A DNA stretch of 64,000 nucleotides from Camelus dromedarius (GCF_036321535.1 NC_087436.1:11284001-11348000), one strand, 5' to 3'; shown: positions 1-13,895, counted from the stretch's first letter. A program made the numbers and translations. Notes: generated by a model not told the origin, from the letters alone.

Positions 1-800
1 TGATTTGCATTTCCCTGATGATTAGTGATGTTGAGTATCTTTTAACATGCCTGCTGGCCATCTGTATGTCTTCTCTGGAAAAATGTCTATTCAGGTCTTT
101 TGCCCATTTTTTAATCAAGTTGGTTTTTTTTTTTGATGTTGGGTTATATGAGCTGTTTATGTATTTTAGATATTAACCTCCTGTCAGTCATATCATTTGC
201 AAATATTTTCTCGCATTCTTTTAGTTTGTCTTTTCATTTTGTCAGTGGTTTCCTTTGTTGTTCTAAAGATTTTAAGTTTAATTATGTCCCTTTTGTTTAT
301 TTTTGCTTTGGTTTCCTTTATTTTAGGAGACAGATCCAAAAAAAAAAATGTTGCTACGATTCACGTCAAAGACTATTCTTCCTACATTTTCTTCTAGGAG
401 TTTTATAGTTTCCGGTCTTAGATTTTGGTCCTTAATCTATTTTGAGATTTTTTTTTTAAATTCTTTGTTTGTTGTTTTGTATATGCTGTGAGAAAATATT
501 CTAATTTCATTCTTTTATGTATAGCTGTCCAGTTTTCCCAGCACCATTTATTGAAGAAACCATCTTTTCTCCATTGTATATTCTTGCCTCCTTTGTCATA
601 GAGTAAATGACCATAAGTGCATGGGTTTATTTCTGGGCTCTCTATCCTGTTCCATTGATCTGTGTGTCTGTCTATGTGCTGCCCCACGCTGTTGTGATGA
701 CTGTAGCTCTGTAGTATAGTTTGAAGTCAGGAAGTGTGATTCTTCCAGCTTCGTTCTTCTTTCTTAAGATTGTGTTGACTATTCGGGGTCTTCTGTAGTT
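1..800 (-). mobile_element. LINE-1 ORF2 3' fragment
   Basis: ORF 418-687(-) contains [35 protein letters not shown], typical of L1 ORF2. Confidence 0.9.
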
Positions 801-849
801 CTATACAAGAGCATCCAAGTCCTAATGGACTTCAGTTTGAAAACACTGG

Positions 850-1445
850 TGCGCAGAGTGAGGGAACGGCTGACCTGGGCGGTGGGCCTTGGAGTGACCA
901 GCAGCAGCAACGTCACCTGGAAACTTGCTAAAAATGCGAATCTCAGGCTCCACCTTAGACAACTGTGGTAGCCAAACTCCAAGATGGTCCTAACCACCCC
1001 TGTATCCTGATAGTAATACCCTTATTTAGTCCCAGGATACAGTTCTGCCCACTGACCTATGGAACCAATGGAGTAAGACAGAGGTTTAAAAGACTGCAGA
1101 TTCTGTCCCTCTCTCCTCTCTGATCACTTGATCTGTGAGAAACCAGCTGCCACAGAGAGTCTTACATGTCAGCAGCCCCAGTCTGGGAGGCCATCCCCCA
1201 GCCAACAATGTGACTGCAGTTTCACCAGATCCCAAGCCAGGGTCAAGCCAAGCTCCTCCCAGATTCCTGACTTGAAGAAATGGTATGAGGTTAAAATAAA
1301 AAAGTTTGCTGTAAAACACTAAACTTTGAAGTAATTTGCTATTAATAGCTAACATACCTACTGAGTCAGGAACTCAAGGTGGAGCCCAGCAGTGGAGCTC
1401 TGTGTAAGACACAAGTGATTCTGATGTGAGTTAAAGTTTGACTGC
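850..1445. mobile_element. MER5A-like DNA transposon split by an MLT1 (MaLR) LTR at about 965-1355
   Basis: MER5-like CAGCAGC..TCACCTGGAAACTTG..AAATGC..TCTCAGGCTCCACC is interrupted, then resumes CTACTGAGTCAG..GTGATTCTGATG..AAAGTTTGA. The insert has an MLT1-like 3' end. Confidence 0.55.
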
Positions 1446-1913
1446 CCCGGGGCTGGGGAAGCGTAGAAGGACTGCGCAGCAGCACCAAGAGCAGGTGAGG
1501 TCGTGTGCTGGTTCCAAGGGCATGCAGCTTCCTGGGACACAGTGGACAAGGGAAGGGAGGTGGCTTTAACCAGAGTTACTGTTTTTCCAGAATTATATGT
1601 CAAAGCAAGAAAGGAAAAGGACAGAGGGTCTGCAAAAGGGTGATTGTAATGCTGGGCCATGGAACATAAGCCGTGTAAGAAGAGAAGTGAAATGATGGGG
1701 TGACGGACTGTGAACACGGCCATGGAGGAAAAGCCATAGAGAGCTGTTCATTCACAGCTCTAGAAGAAGTCTAGAAAATAAAAGAAATAATTTAGGCAGA
1801 ATTAAAACTCTTTCCTGGTGGAACAGAACTCTATATCTCAACAAAACAAACTGTGGCTGTTCACCCTGGTTAGTTCCCAACTTTATGAGACTCATAGTAA
1901 GAAATACATTTCA

Positions 1914-2070
1914 GGGGGAGGGTATAGCTCAGTGGTCTATCATGTGTTTAGCATGCACAGGGTACTGGGTTCAATCCCCAGTACCTCCACTAAAAAAAAT
2001 ATTATAATAATTAATTTAAAATAAATAAATCTAATTATCCCCCAAGCCTCCCCCCCAAAAAAAATAAATA
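1914..2070 (+). mobile_element. tRNA-derived SINE (camelid vic-1-like)
   Basis: GGGGAGGGTATAGCTCAGTGG..GGGTTCAATCCCCAGTACCTCC (A/B boxes), then AT-rich segment, CTAATTA-C-run and A tail. Confidence 0.85.
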
Positions 2071-2384
2071 CAAGAGGGTTAATAACATTTCATAGGTCAA
2101 GCTACTTAAGATATACAGGAAATCATGCTATCAGCCACGAGCCTAGATGTGAGAAGGTTGTACCACCCAAGGGAAGTTCAACCACAAGAAAAATGTAGGG
2201 ACGGTTTATAAGACAACCCTGACTCAGTTCTTAAACATCCTTTATTCTGCAATCATGATCTTCCCAACTTTGTGGCATTACTATATCACTTATTTTATTA
2301 AATGAATATGATAGTTCTGGGGTTATGGGTTTGTTTGTTGTTAATATCCTAGCTCAGCTCTTTCCTTCAACAAATATTCAGTGA

Positions 2385-2760
2385 GTGTCTTAGCTCAGGC
2401 TGCTGTAACAAAAAAATGCCAAAGACTGAGTGACTTAAACAACAAATATTTATTTCTCACAGTTCTGGAGACTAAAAAGCCAGGGTCAAGGTATCAGCAT
2501 GGTTGATTCTGGTGAGGACCCTCGTTCTGGTTTGCAGATGGCTGCCTTCTTGCTATATCTCCACATGTCAGACAGAGCAAGAGATCATCTCTTGTGCCTC
2601 TCCTTAGAAGGGCACTAATCCTATTCATAGGCACTCCACCCTCATGACCTAGTTACCTCCCAAAGGCCCCAATTCCTAATGCTATCACACTGAGGATTAG
2701 GGAATCAATGTATGAATTCAGGGTGGGGTGGGGGTGGGGGCAGACATTCAGCCCTTAGCA
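2385..2760. mobile_element. MLT1A/B-like MaLR LTR
   Basis: TGTCTTAGCTCAGGCTGCTGTAACAAAA..TTTATTTCTCACAGTTCTGGAG..GGGCACTAATCC..CCTCCCAAAGGCCCC..ACATTCAGCCCTTAGCA. Confidence 0.75.
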
Positions 2761-3634
2761 GTGAGATTCTGCTTTTTTGCCAGGTGCAGTAATAAGCAAT
2801 GGAGACACATCAATGAACAAAAGTTAAAAAACAAAATCCCTCTCCACACAGAGCTACATTCCGTGGGTCATGGTTGAAACCTGGATAGCAGGGGAGACAG
2901 ATAATAAATAAGTAAACTAACAAAAAAAAAATCAAGATAATTATTGATTGAGATATGAATTATAAAGTATACAACATCAGTGACATGACTGTATTGCTTG
3001 GTGGCATTAGGAAAAGCTTTTCTGAAGGAATAATTAAAACTGAGAAACTACATTCTGTATGAAACACAATACATGGCACAGGAACACTGATGGTCAGTGA
3101 CTGTTATGCTTGTTGTCTCCCTACTGTGTAGGAGCTCCCTACATTAAACCCACATCTCAAAAGCCCTAAGCTATAGAGATGTGATTATATTTTGGCTTTA
3201 GGAAAATAAATTCATCAGCAGCAAAGAGATTGCACTGGAGTAAGTTTAGCACAGAAACAAATTAGGAAGCTATCATAATAAATCAAGAAATAGATAATGA
3301 AGACTTGAATAAAGGCAGAGATTGTGGTGATTAGACACTGTGGGGCAGAATTAAGGCAAAGCCTTAATTAGAAAGTCAAAACCAATAGGATTTCCTGGCT
3401 TGGATATGGGTACGTGAGTGTCAGAGTCACTCTGAGGTGTCTGGCTGTTGTAGGGCAGGACTGTGATGTCATTAACCAAGGTAAAGCATCTGAGGACAAC
3501 ACTGTTACAACTGGGTGACCACCTGCTGCGTGTGAGGTTAAGTGCTTCATAGACATGGTTAATTGTACAAACTTGGGGTTACACAAATGCTGGATTCACT
3601 CATGGAACTATGAAGGAAAATGTAACTTACTGCC

Positions 3635-3995
3635 CACTATAGACCAAATGCATGTGTCCCCCAGAATTCATATGTTGAAACCCAATCCCCAATGCAATGG
3701 TATTTGGAACTGGGGCTTTTGGGAGGTGATTAGCCCAGGAAGGTGGAACCCTCATAAATGAGATTCATGCCCTTATAAAAGAGACCACAGAGAGCTCCCT
3801 CCTCCCTTCCACCCAATGAGGACACAGTGAGAAGACAGCTGTCTGTGAACCAGGAACTGAGTTCTCACCAGACACAGAATCTGCCAGGGTAGGTATCTTG
3901 GACTTCTCAGCCTCCAGAACTATGAGAAATAAATGATTGTTGTTTAAGACACATCCTGTGGAATTTTTGTTACAGCAGCTGCAAGCACTAAGATA
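3635..3995. mobile_element. MLT1-like MaLR LTR (opposite orientation to 2385-2760)
   Basis: GTGTCCCCCAGAATTCATATGTTGAAACCC..GACTTCTCAGCCTCCAGAACTATGAGAAATAAAT. Confidence 0.75.
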
Positions 3996-4389
3996 CTGAC
4001 TTTATGACCACAGGCAACTTTATTAAGAAAAATTATATAAAATTACAAATAGAAATTTCTAGGGTCCTCCCATGGTCTTAGAAGAGACTCGTACAAGTGA
4101 AGAAATGTGAACCTTAAACTTCTTTAACTTCCTGGAAAGTCCTCCTTCACACAGCACACAGGTTAATGAGTTTTAGTTGCCTGCAAGACACCAAGTGATA
4201 ATATAGCACAAGACTTGAATGTAGATTGAGACAGCTGGTTCTGGGAATCGTGGGTCATGGTTGAAACTTGGATAGAAGGTGAAATCGCCAAGTGAAAACA
4301 TATAGAACATATATTTACTCTATAGTAAGGAGAATACAGGGCCATGTGTTCCTCTGGCACTTAGGAAAGAATCAATAAAGACACAGTAT

Positions 4390-5380
4390 ACTAGTTTCCT
4401 ATTAGTGCTGTAATAAATTAGCAGAAACTTAGTGGCTTAAAATACACATTTATTCCTTATAGTTCTGCAGGTCAGAAGTCCTAAAGCAGTCTCACTGGGC
4501 TGAAGTCCAGAAGACGACAGGGCTAGTTTCCTCTGGAGGTTCTGAAGGGACAGCGTTCCTTTGCCTCTTTAGCTTCTTGTGCCCCTTAGCTATCAGCCCC
4601 TTCCTCAATCACTCCACTCTCTGCTTGTGTCATCAAGTCCAAACTCATCCTGCTCACTACACGACAGGCCAATAAATGGGAGATGAGGTGTTGGGGTAGG
4701 GAATAGTGACTTTATTTGGAAAGTCAGAAGACCGAGAAGATGGCAGACTCGTGTCCTGGAGAACCATCTTCCTCACGTCAGAATACAGGCTCCTTTTATA
4801 CAAAAAAGGGGAGGAGGTGTGGTTGATTGTTGCAAACTTCTTGGTGTAGGAATTATTTGTTCTTGGAATCCTTTGTTCTTGCAGCTGTCCACGTGGATCA
4901 GGTCATGGTGCCCCTGTAAAACCTCCAACAAGACAAATGTTTTTTTCTATTCTGCAACTTGTTATCTTTATATAAGTGCAAAATTATTAATATCCTTCAA
5001 GGTCAGAGCCTTGAATAAGCTTTCCTGTATATTTCAGGCTAAAGGCAACATTCTTTTTCAAAAGGTGCAGAGCCAGCAAGACAAAGCCTAGAAAACAGGG
5101 CACAGGATTAAAGCCAAAGGAACAGATCTAATATGGAGTCAGGTTTGTTCTTCTCTATCACAATCACACTGCCTTCTGACTGCTGATGTATCCCTCTGAA
5201 GAGGAACATTGGGGTTACAGCTGGCCTGGGGGTTAATCCAGGATAATCCCCCATCTCTTAAGACCCTTCACTTAATCACATCTACAAACTCTCTTTTTCA
5301 TATAAGGTAATATTCACAGGTTCTGGAGATTAGGACGTGGATATATTGGGGAGGGGGTCATTATTCAGCCCAACACAGAT
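4390..5380. mobile_element. MLT1 LTR interrupted by an ERV1-type solo LTR (about 4628-5162, minus strand)
   Basis: MLT1 halves flank an LTR beginning TGTCATCAAGTCCAAACTC..ACAGGCCAATAAAT, the same family as 21986 and 51286. Confidence 0.7.
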
Positions 5381-5427
5381 GGCCACAAAGGAAACTGAAA
5401 TGGAGGGGATAATAAAAAAGAATTTAA

Positions 5428-5509
5428 GGGGGAGGGTATAGCTCAATGGTAGAGCACATGCTTAGCATGCATGAGGCCATTGGTTTGATCTCCAGTGTAC
5501 CTCCATTAA

Positions 5510-5579
<70 letters not shown>

Positions 5580-5819
5580 CTAATTACCTTCCCCACACAC
5601 ACACACACAAAAAGAATTTAAAAAATGGTAAATGCAGTGGGGAGCGTATATCGCTCAGTGGTAGAGCACATTCATAGCATGTAAGAAGTCCTGGGTTCAA
5701 TCGTCAGTACCTCCATTAAAAAAGTAATAATAACAAATAAATCTAATTACCGCCCCCCCAAAAAATCACTGTCAAAAAAATATGATTTAAAAAAATAAGC
5801 TTTAAAAAGTGGTAAATGC
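5428..5819 (+). mobile_element. Two tandem vic-1-like SINEs; the first contains an (AAT)n microsatellite at 5512-5577
   Basis: SINE heads at 5428 and about 5639. TSD AAAAAGAATTTAA at 5415-5427 and 5609-5621; near-TSD AAAAA(G)TGGTAAATGC at 5621-5635 and 5804-5819. Confidence 0.85.
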
Positions 5820-6409
5820 TAAGAAAGGAAACTCAAGGATGTCTTAATCAACTGTGTCAGTTAACTGAGTTCAATAGAGATGAGAGAGGGGGAATTCTGA
5901 GACAAAGGCACTAGATTTGTTAATAAAGAGCTTTCCAGGTTGGTTTCAAGTAGATACTAGATCTCAGCAGATTGAGCAGAAAGAGGAATACCTGAAGTCA
6001 GTAAAGGTTGACTGACTTATTTCAAGAAAAGAAGGTGACAGAAAGATTCCTCTAAGGAGACAACAGAATCCAGAGAAGATTCTTGCTTTACGTTAAGAGT
6101 GAAAGAGACTTGAGCATGTTTATACCCTTAAGAGAAAAGCTAGAGGAGAAAAACTGAAGAGAGGAAGCAAAGTGTAGGGAGAGAATGCAGACCAATCAGT
6201 GGGTGCAGAGCTGCAGCATGCCTTGCTGGTCATGACTTTTTCAGCTAGTATTTCTGCTTCGTGAGTGAGAAAACAGCCAGGACTAGCTGGCTTGAGGAGA
6301 GAATGCAACATCAAGTATGATCACTCACACTGCAGGAAGTCAGAACTTGTGGACCACACAGTCTTTAGTCTCCAAAATAATCATTTGAGATGCTTTCCTT
6401 AAAAAAATT

Positions 6410-6910
6410 CATCATGAAGAGATAGTTGCCCACCCATGTCCATTGCAGCACTATTCATACTTCTAGCCAAGATGTGGAATTGACCTAAATGTCCACAGAT
6501 GGTGAATAAATAAAGATGGCATACACCCACAATAAAATATTTTCAGCCTTAAAAAAAGAAGGAAATTTCTGCCATTTGTGACAACATGGATGAACTTTGC
6601 AGATATCACGCTAAGTGAAACGAGTCAGTCACAGAAGGACAATTACTGCATGATTCAACTTATATGAGGGATCTAAAATATTCACAGAGTCTGTTCATGG
6701 GAGCAAAGCCTGGAATTGTGGTTGACAAGTGCTGGGGCGAGGGGACTGCAGGGAGTTGCTACTCAACCAGTACAAAATTTCAGTTATGCAAGGTGAATAA
6801 ACTCTAGCAATCTGATACTCAACTTAATGCCCAGAGTTAACGATGATGTACTGTACACTTAAAAAGTCTCTTGAGGGTACATCTTATGCAAAGTTTTCTT
6901 ACAAGAAAAG
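6410..6910 (+). mobile_element. Old L1 3' end
   Basis: GCAGCACTATTCA..CCTAAATGTCC..GCCATTTGTGACAACATGGATGAAC..CTAAGTGAAA motifs. Confidence 0.75.
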
Positions 6911-8474
6911 TTTTAAATTCATCATGACAAATATTCAGTACGTTTTACTGCATATGCAGCATTAAAATTATTTTTATTGTGTAACAAAAAATATTTTTTG
7001 TGGGAAAAATCCTTAAGTACATATAAAAACAAGGAGGAAAATCTGTATTCTTACCATTTAAAGATCAAGTATTGTTAAAATGTTGGTATATATTCTTCCA
7101 GATACATACATTTTCTATGCCTTAGATGTACTTCTTTTGTTCAACAGCATGGGATTAAACTGTACAGCAACCAGTTTGTTTCTCAATTTGCAATGTCTTA
7201 TAAATATTTTTAAAATAAGTATAGACCTGTTAATAGCTGCCTAACATACCATTGGATTGCTGAGCCATAATTTATTTAACCAGTCCTCTACATATTGGGC
7301 ATTTAGTTTTGATTTTTTTAATACATACCCAGGACTGGATTAATATCTTTGTATAAACATCATTGCACACTTGTCCTGTTTCCTTAGAAGAAATCCTAGA
7401 ACTAGAATCACTGAGTCAAATGTTACGCACATTTTTAAGTCATTTGAGCCACACGTATTGTCAAATTACCCCCCAGAAAGGGGGTGAATGTGGTTTCTGT
7501 GAACACACCAGCTGTGAATGCCCACCCTCCTGGGCATCAGATGTACAGCACATTACCGAGACAGCAGGCTCCAGACAGGGATGGTCTTAGCGTGAATCCT
7601 AATCTAATATTTACTAATGCTTTCCCACTGTAGTCTTGGGCACGGAATTTAACTTCTCTGGGTTCAATTTCCTCTTCTGTAAAAACAGAAATAATGATAG
7701 TTTCCACATCATAGAATTTTTGCCAGAGTTAAATGTAAAAAGAGAGGGAAAATGCTTGAATGATGCATGACTCAGAGCAACCGCCTGATAGTTATTATAA
7801 TTCTTTTTATCTGCTTTAAATTATACTTCTGTTGACAGTGAGATCACTATGCAACTATGTAAATTGACAATTTTCTATAGCTTTATTTCCTTTGCCTATT
7901 TTTTATTGGAGTGTTCATCTTTGCTCTCATTGATTCATAAGTGATTTCTACTTTAAGGAGAATAATCCTATATATGGCATATATTTAGCAAATATTTCCC
8001 AAGTTTGTCAGTTGAGTCTTAGCATTTTGTGAATATCAAAAGAAGGGTTTTTTCAACTTTTGATTATGAAAATCTACAAACACACAGAAATGTTGAATGA
8101 ACAATATATGGAACACATTTACCAAAAAATTCAGTTCCATGATATCTTAACAATTTGCCACAGTTCCTTTATCTATCACTATATAATATATTTTTGCTAA
8201 AACATTTTGAAATGTGTTGCCAACAGCATGCTACACCACATCTATATGCATTAGCAAGTATCTCCTAAGAAGTGAGAATTTCTCCTGTATGTCCAACATC
8301 AACATCTCTTCAAATGCCGTGTACTCCTAGTTTAGAGAAGTTTTTAGTTGCATCGTTAAAACTCTAAAAACAAATAAATAAATAAATTAGTCTTCATAAT
8401 CAAAGATCTGTCAGTGACTGAGTTATTCATTCCTGTAAAATTTCTAACAAGTCCATAAGAAACTTTAGAAATCA

Positions 8475-9112
8475 GGGGGAGGGTATAGCTCAATAGCAGA
8501 GTGTGTGCTTAGCATGCATGAAGTCCTGGGTTCAATCCCCAGCACCTCTGTAACCAAGCAGGACCGGGTGAGGCTTTCCAGGGTCAGACCACTCCCATCC
8601 CATATTCTCTGCTGTAGCTCCTCTCTGAAGCACCCAGATCATAGTATTTCATGTATATTTCCTGAGTTTTCCAGATGCTTAAACCACCACCAAAGGGAAG
8701 AAATTAACTACTTGATGATCAAGGACACATGGTCCCCAGACCTTCTGGTGCCTAGCAGTTGATAGTGTTGACTGCCCTGTTACCTCGACATCAGCTAATC
8801 AGAGGATTGTCCTCGAGCTGATCAGGCACCCTGTGACCCCCTCCCTCACTGGGACTTTAAATATACTTTGCTGAAAACCTTCAGAGAGTTTGGGGCTTTC
8901 TTGGGCATAAGTCACCCTGTCCTCCTTGCTCAGCCCTGCAGTCAACCTTCCTCTGCTCCAAGCTTCAATGTTTCAGTTTGTTTGGCCTCATGGTGTGGCC
9001 AGCACACGAACTTACCTTCGATAACACCTCCATTAAATACATAAATAAGTAACCTAATTACCTCCCCATTAAAAAAAAAAAGAAATAAAAATAAATAAAT
9101 TTAAAAAAAAGA
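8475..9112 (+). mobile_element. vic-1-like SINE split by an LTR insertion
   Basis: SINE head 8475-8548; tail resumes at 9027; near-TSD AAGAAACT(T/G)TAGAA at about 8458 and 9114. Confidence 0.85.
8549..9026 (+). mobile_element. ERV1-type solo LTR (478 bp)
   Basis: TGTAACC...GATAACA termini; 4-bp TSD CCTC at 8545-8548 and 9027-9030; TATA-like TTTAAATATA. Confidence 0.85.
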
Positions 9113-10979
9113 AAAGAAACTGTAGAATCACAAGTAAAACAAACAAACAAAAAAAACCCCAAGACTTTACTTTTTTTGTACCATAGCTACAATGAAGGAC
9201 AGAACAGAGAATTGTCACAGGGTCGTTAGAAGTCCAAGTCACCCTTGATCATCCCATTCTCCCTCTTTTCTAAATATTCCTCATAAAGTAATTCAAATAA
9301 GCCCCACAGCTCAACAAAAGACACCTGGGAACAGAGCCTAAAAGGCGGCGGTGGGAGTGGTCAGCCTCATCTAAACGTGAGTCAACAGACCAAATGACAG
9401 CTTGAAATACTTAGTTCAACCCTCCATGAATCGGCCGGACGTGCCAGTCACTTGTCTTCTGAATACCTGCCATCTCCCAGGCACAAAGGTGTCTGCTTCA
9501 GACACTCCCCAGCAGAGAAGCCCTACTTTTGCAACACCTCTTGCTGCAGTTTTAAAAAAAGGAGAAAGAAAAGGAGGAGGCTGGTGTTCCCAGAGATTTT
9601 TCTGCAACCACAAATGTAATAAAGACAAACTCGTGTTGTTTTCCAACCATTTATGCCACTCCATATTCCACCAGAAGAGAAAAAGTTTGCCATTGAAATC
9701 TAAACCAAATGATGCAAAACAGAGGTTATAAAATGTGTGCCTATTTGAACTCTCTCACTAATGTGACTCTTGAAGTTTGGGAGGAATTCAAATATTTCAC
9801 TTCTAAATATGACTTAGCAGAGAGGCTGGCAGTCCTTACAGACTGCAGAACTCAGCACCTGCCCCAGTGACATTTAATGAAAAACAGAAGCATCTCCCTT
9901 TAGCCATGAATTCAAACAACTTTAAATTATTACCAGTAATGGGTCTGAAACCCATTATGAAAAGTGTGGGTTTTTTGTGCGCTGGAATTTATGTCATCAG
10001 CAACTCCTTGGAACCAGGAACTTTGGCTGTATCAGCAGAGAGAGAAGCAGGCGTCCACAATTACCTTGCATTCAACCAGGCACCCACACGAGAGCGTTCC
10101 AGCCAGCCCAGCCGACAAAATACAGCGGGAGATGTGGTGGGTTTCCTCCTGTACTCAACCACACTCTTTCCAGGCATTTAAAGTTCACATTCTATGCCAG
10201 CATACAGATACTACTTCTCCACATCTTACTGAGTCTTTTTTTAAAAAGCACAAATAATCAAAGTAACAAAAGTACTAGCTAACATTATGATTATTTTCAG
10301 TTTATGGGATCCCTCGGTGTAAACTGTCTTACTATGTGACATGCAATAGACATGCAACCGAGTTCTGTTAATCCACCTTCTCCTTTCTTGAGATTTCACA
10401 ATGATCCTTCAAGGGGATATGGATAAGCAATAAACCCACTTAACAGGTAATGAAAGTGGAGCTTGAAGCAACTTCATGACTTCCTCAAGGTCACACAGGA
10501 AGATGATGCTAGGTCTCAGGGGGTACGTGACAGCATTGAGACTGTCACTGAAATTCTGTTAATCGGGTGCCTGCGCCGCCATGCCCTGTAGGTTAGGTTC
10601 ACTTTAGTTCTCACTCTGCCTAAGGGGCAAGGCTCTGGGCATTTCAACCCCAGGCACCATCCACCCCCAGGAAGGGCAAGCTGAAAGGGCTGGGCTGATG
10701 GAAATGTAGGAACTGAGCCCCTACCTGTTGTGGTTGAGTCAAATCTCTGCCCAATGAGAAGGCAGACATCCACATATGTTGCCATGGGAACGGGCAAGAG
10801 AACCTGGGGTTCCGGGGAGCAGAGGACCAAGGAAATGGAAGTCATGCTGCTGAGTCTCAAAGAGAGATGACTGTGTGCCAGGACATAGCATCTCTAGTGG
10901 GGACTGAGGCTGAGCTCTGGAAAAAGAATCATTAGATACTTATGGTCAAAGTAGTAAGATTTTTGTTAAAGATTGTTCT

Positions 10980-11375
10980 TTTTTAATTTATTTTTATTTA
11001 AAAAATTTTTATTAACGTGTGGTTGATTTACAATGTTAGTTTCAGGTGTACAGCAAAGTGATTCAGTTATACATACACACACATATATACATATTTTCTT
11101 TTCAGATTCTTTTCCATTGTATGTTATAACAAGAAATTGAATACAGTTCTCTATGCTATACTGAAGGTCCTTGTTATTTATCTCTTTTATACATAGTAGT
11201 GTGTATCTGTTAATCCCCAACCCCTAATTTATCCCTCCCTGCCCTTTCCCCTTTGGTAACCATAGTTTGTTTTCTATGTCTGTGACTCTGTTTTCGGTTT
11301 GTAAATAGAATGTGTATCATTTTTTTTAGATTCCACATATAAGTGATATTATATGATATTTATCTTTGTCTGACT
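10980..11375 (-). mobile_element. L1 3' end
   Basis: GTTGATTTACAATGTTAGTTTCAGGTGTACAGCAAAGTGATTCAG..TTTAGATTCCACATATAAGTGA, a laurasiatherian L1 3'UTR pattern. Confidence 0.8.
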
Positions 11376-12899
11376 TGAAAATAGTAAGATGATTAAAGAT
11401 CCCAGGAAACATGAAAAGTTTGATGTAGGAAGCCATGTCCACCTAAATTCTGCCACCAAACAAAAATGCCTGTTTTTGTCCATTCCTCTTATTGTCAAAT
11501 CTTTTGTTCTTCCTCACACACCCCATACCAGGACAGGTGACACAGGCAGCAGCAGTGTGGTTCATGTGTCACATGATCAGGAACAAGGGGATGGTATGTC
11601 CTGCAGGTGCCACTCACATGGCCATGCCATTCACCAGTCACTGTTGAATATAATTCAAAATGCAATTAACAGTAAAAGCTAGCATTTCACTCACCAGGCC
11701 CTGCCCTGAGTGCTTGACCTGCATTCTCATTTATGCCTCACTTCTTTCCTGTTAGACTTTATCCAACTCACTGTGAAGAAACTTAAGCACACACAGCCAA
11801 CATGTGGTAGAGATAAGTTTTCCACCCAATCCTTCTGATGCCAAAGTATAGTGCTCTTAACTACTATATTACACCATCTTTATTGAAATAAATTGGTGTA
11901 TCTAAAAATTAAAATAAATGGGGGGTGGGATAGAAGAGAAAGAAATGCATAAATGCATGAGGAGATGTTATCCACATTCTTCTATAAAGGCAAATTCCAT
12001 TCCCATGTGAAATATGCACATGATGTTTCCTGCCACACACACAAAATGCCACCATAAAGGACATCAGTAAAGCACTTTCTACACTGCATGCGTGGACAGC
12101 CAGCAGTTGGGTAGGTGTGGTAACCAGCTGGGTCCCCTGCCCCAGATGGTCTGGAGGAGGTGAAGACTCTCTAGTGCTCTCCCCTGACTCGATTTCCACT
12201 GGAAAATAAGCATCTGCCTTCTCACTGCAACTTACAATGTCCTAATGTTTCTTGACTTAGTAGCAAGGGTCAAAATAGGTAACATACTAAGAATGAAGAG
12301 AAAGGTACAGGCATTGGCCTCTCCGGGGAAATCATAACATATGTTACTCTCCACATTCCAAAGCGGGAAAGTGCTGCTTTTTGAAAAGTATTTATGGGCA
12401 AGTCTTCCTTGATGAGGATGATTTGAAGGCAGAGAGCGTGAGAAGGACTTACTGCCTGCAAAAGCAAAGGCGGTTTGTTTCCATTCTCTAGTTTGATCTC
12501 TGCCATTGGGTAACTAGGTACAGCTAGACTGACAGTTACGGCCCATTTGATCGAATGGAAACGTTTGGAAATAAAACTATAGACAGATGGCTAAATTTGT
12601 TTGGATTATTTTAAATCATGAAATGCTAATGTCTTTAAAATATGACCTTCTTCAAAGTGCCTGATGCCAAAACACTGCAGGCAGTCTTAGTAAGAGAGTT
12701 AGAGTGTTAATTTGTTGTGTTATTTTTTAATGTCCATTGATTATTTTGTGACAATAGCCACGTCTACTTCAAAATGCTTTACTCAATACACTTACTGAAA
12801 GAGCCTTTTAAAAGAAAAGTTATCGATCTGTACGTTTAAGTACAGCTCATTGAAACACTGAAAAAATAATAAGGACATCAGTATGAAAACATTTGATAA

Positions 12900-13103
12900 A
12901 AAACAAGTTTATACTGTACAGCACAGGGAACTATATTCAGTATCTTGTAGTAACCTATGGTGAAAAACAGTATGAAAACAAATTTATGTATGTTCCTATA
13001 TGACTGATGTATTTTGCTGTACACCAGAAACTGACACATTGTAAACTGACTATACTTCAATAAAAATATATTTAGAAAAAGAAAAAATAAAATCAATCGC
13101 TCC

Positions 13104-13144
<41 letters not shown>

Positions 13145-13145
13145 A
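12900..13145 (+). mobile_element. L1 3' tail followed by a (CAA)n microsatellite at about 13103-13143
   Basis: CAGCACAGGGAACTATATTCAGTATCTTGTAGTAACC..GCTGTACACCAGAAACTGACAC..TATACTTCAATAAAA. Confidence 0.8.
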
Positions 13146-13619
13146 GAAAACGTTTGAAAGCTAAATCTTTGTCTAATATGTAACTTTAACATTCTCCAGG
13201 GTGAGGAGCTACCTGGGAGATAAAACAAAAACCAAAAGCCAAAACAAACCAAAATACTCCTTCTGCATAAAAGTCCTGACTATACCTTCTCCCCGTCCCC
13301 TGAAATACTAGAAACAAGATTGGCTCTTTTTCTTCTTGCATCTCTAGAGATCCAAATTAGTCTTAAAAAATGAGAAGCACTCTATAATTTAAAATTTTTC
13401 TAAGTTACAAAGTAACTTTTCATAGGTAAATTCTAGAGAAGGAAGTGGCTGAGAAAAGCAGTGGTCGAAGAAGGCAGGCAATTCAGTTAAGTCTGAATCT
13501 GACCCTCCCTTACACACACGCACACACACACACACACACTGCCTCACTGCCTAAGCATTCCTGACTTGTCCATCTCACTATATAATGAACATATTTTGAT
13601 AAGATCAGGATAAAATTTC

Positions 13620-13895
13620 TTTCTTTTTTTTAAATTTTCTTTTTTATTGAAGTGTAGTTGATTTACAATGCTAGTTTCATATGTACAGTAAAGTGATTCA
13701 GTTATATATATATATATACACACACATATATATACACATACATAATTTTCAAATTCTTTTCCATTATAGTTTATTACAAGAAATTGACTATAGTTCCCCG
13801 TGCTATACAGGAGGTCCTTGTCGCTTATCTATTTTCTATACAGTAATGTGCATCTATTAATCCCCATCTCCTAATTTATCCCTCCCCTTCCCTAA
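13620..13895 (-). mobile_element. L1 3' end
   Basis: Poly-T followed by ATTGAAGTGTAGTTGATTTACAATG..AAAGTGATTCAG. Confidence 0.8.

Noticed and set aside
1914..1990. tRNA-like sequences here and at other SINE heads
   Set aside because: They are degenerate, followed by SINE linker and tail, and several have TSDs; these are tRNA-derived SINEs rather than tRNA genes.
12878..13252. 124-aa ORF with a poly-Leu, membrane-like stretch
   Set aside because: Antisense reading of a (CAA)n microsatellite and an L1 tail.
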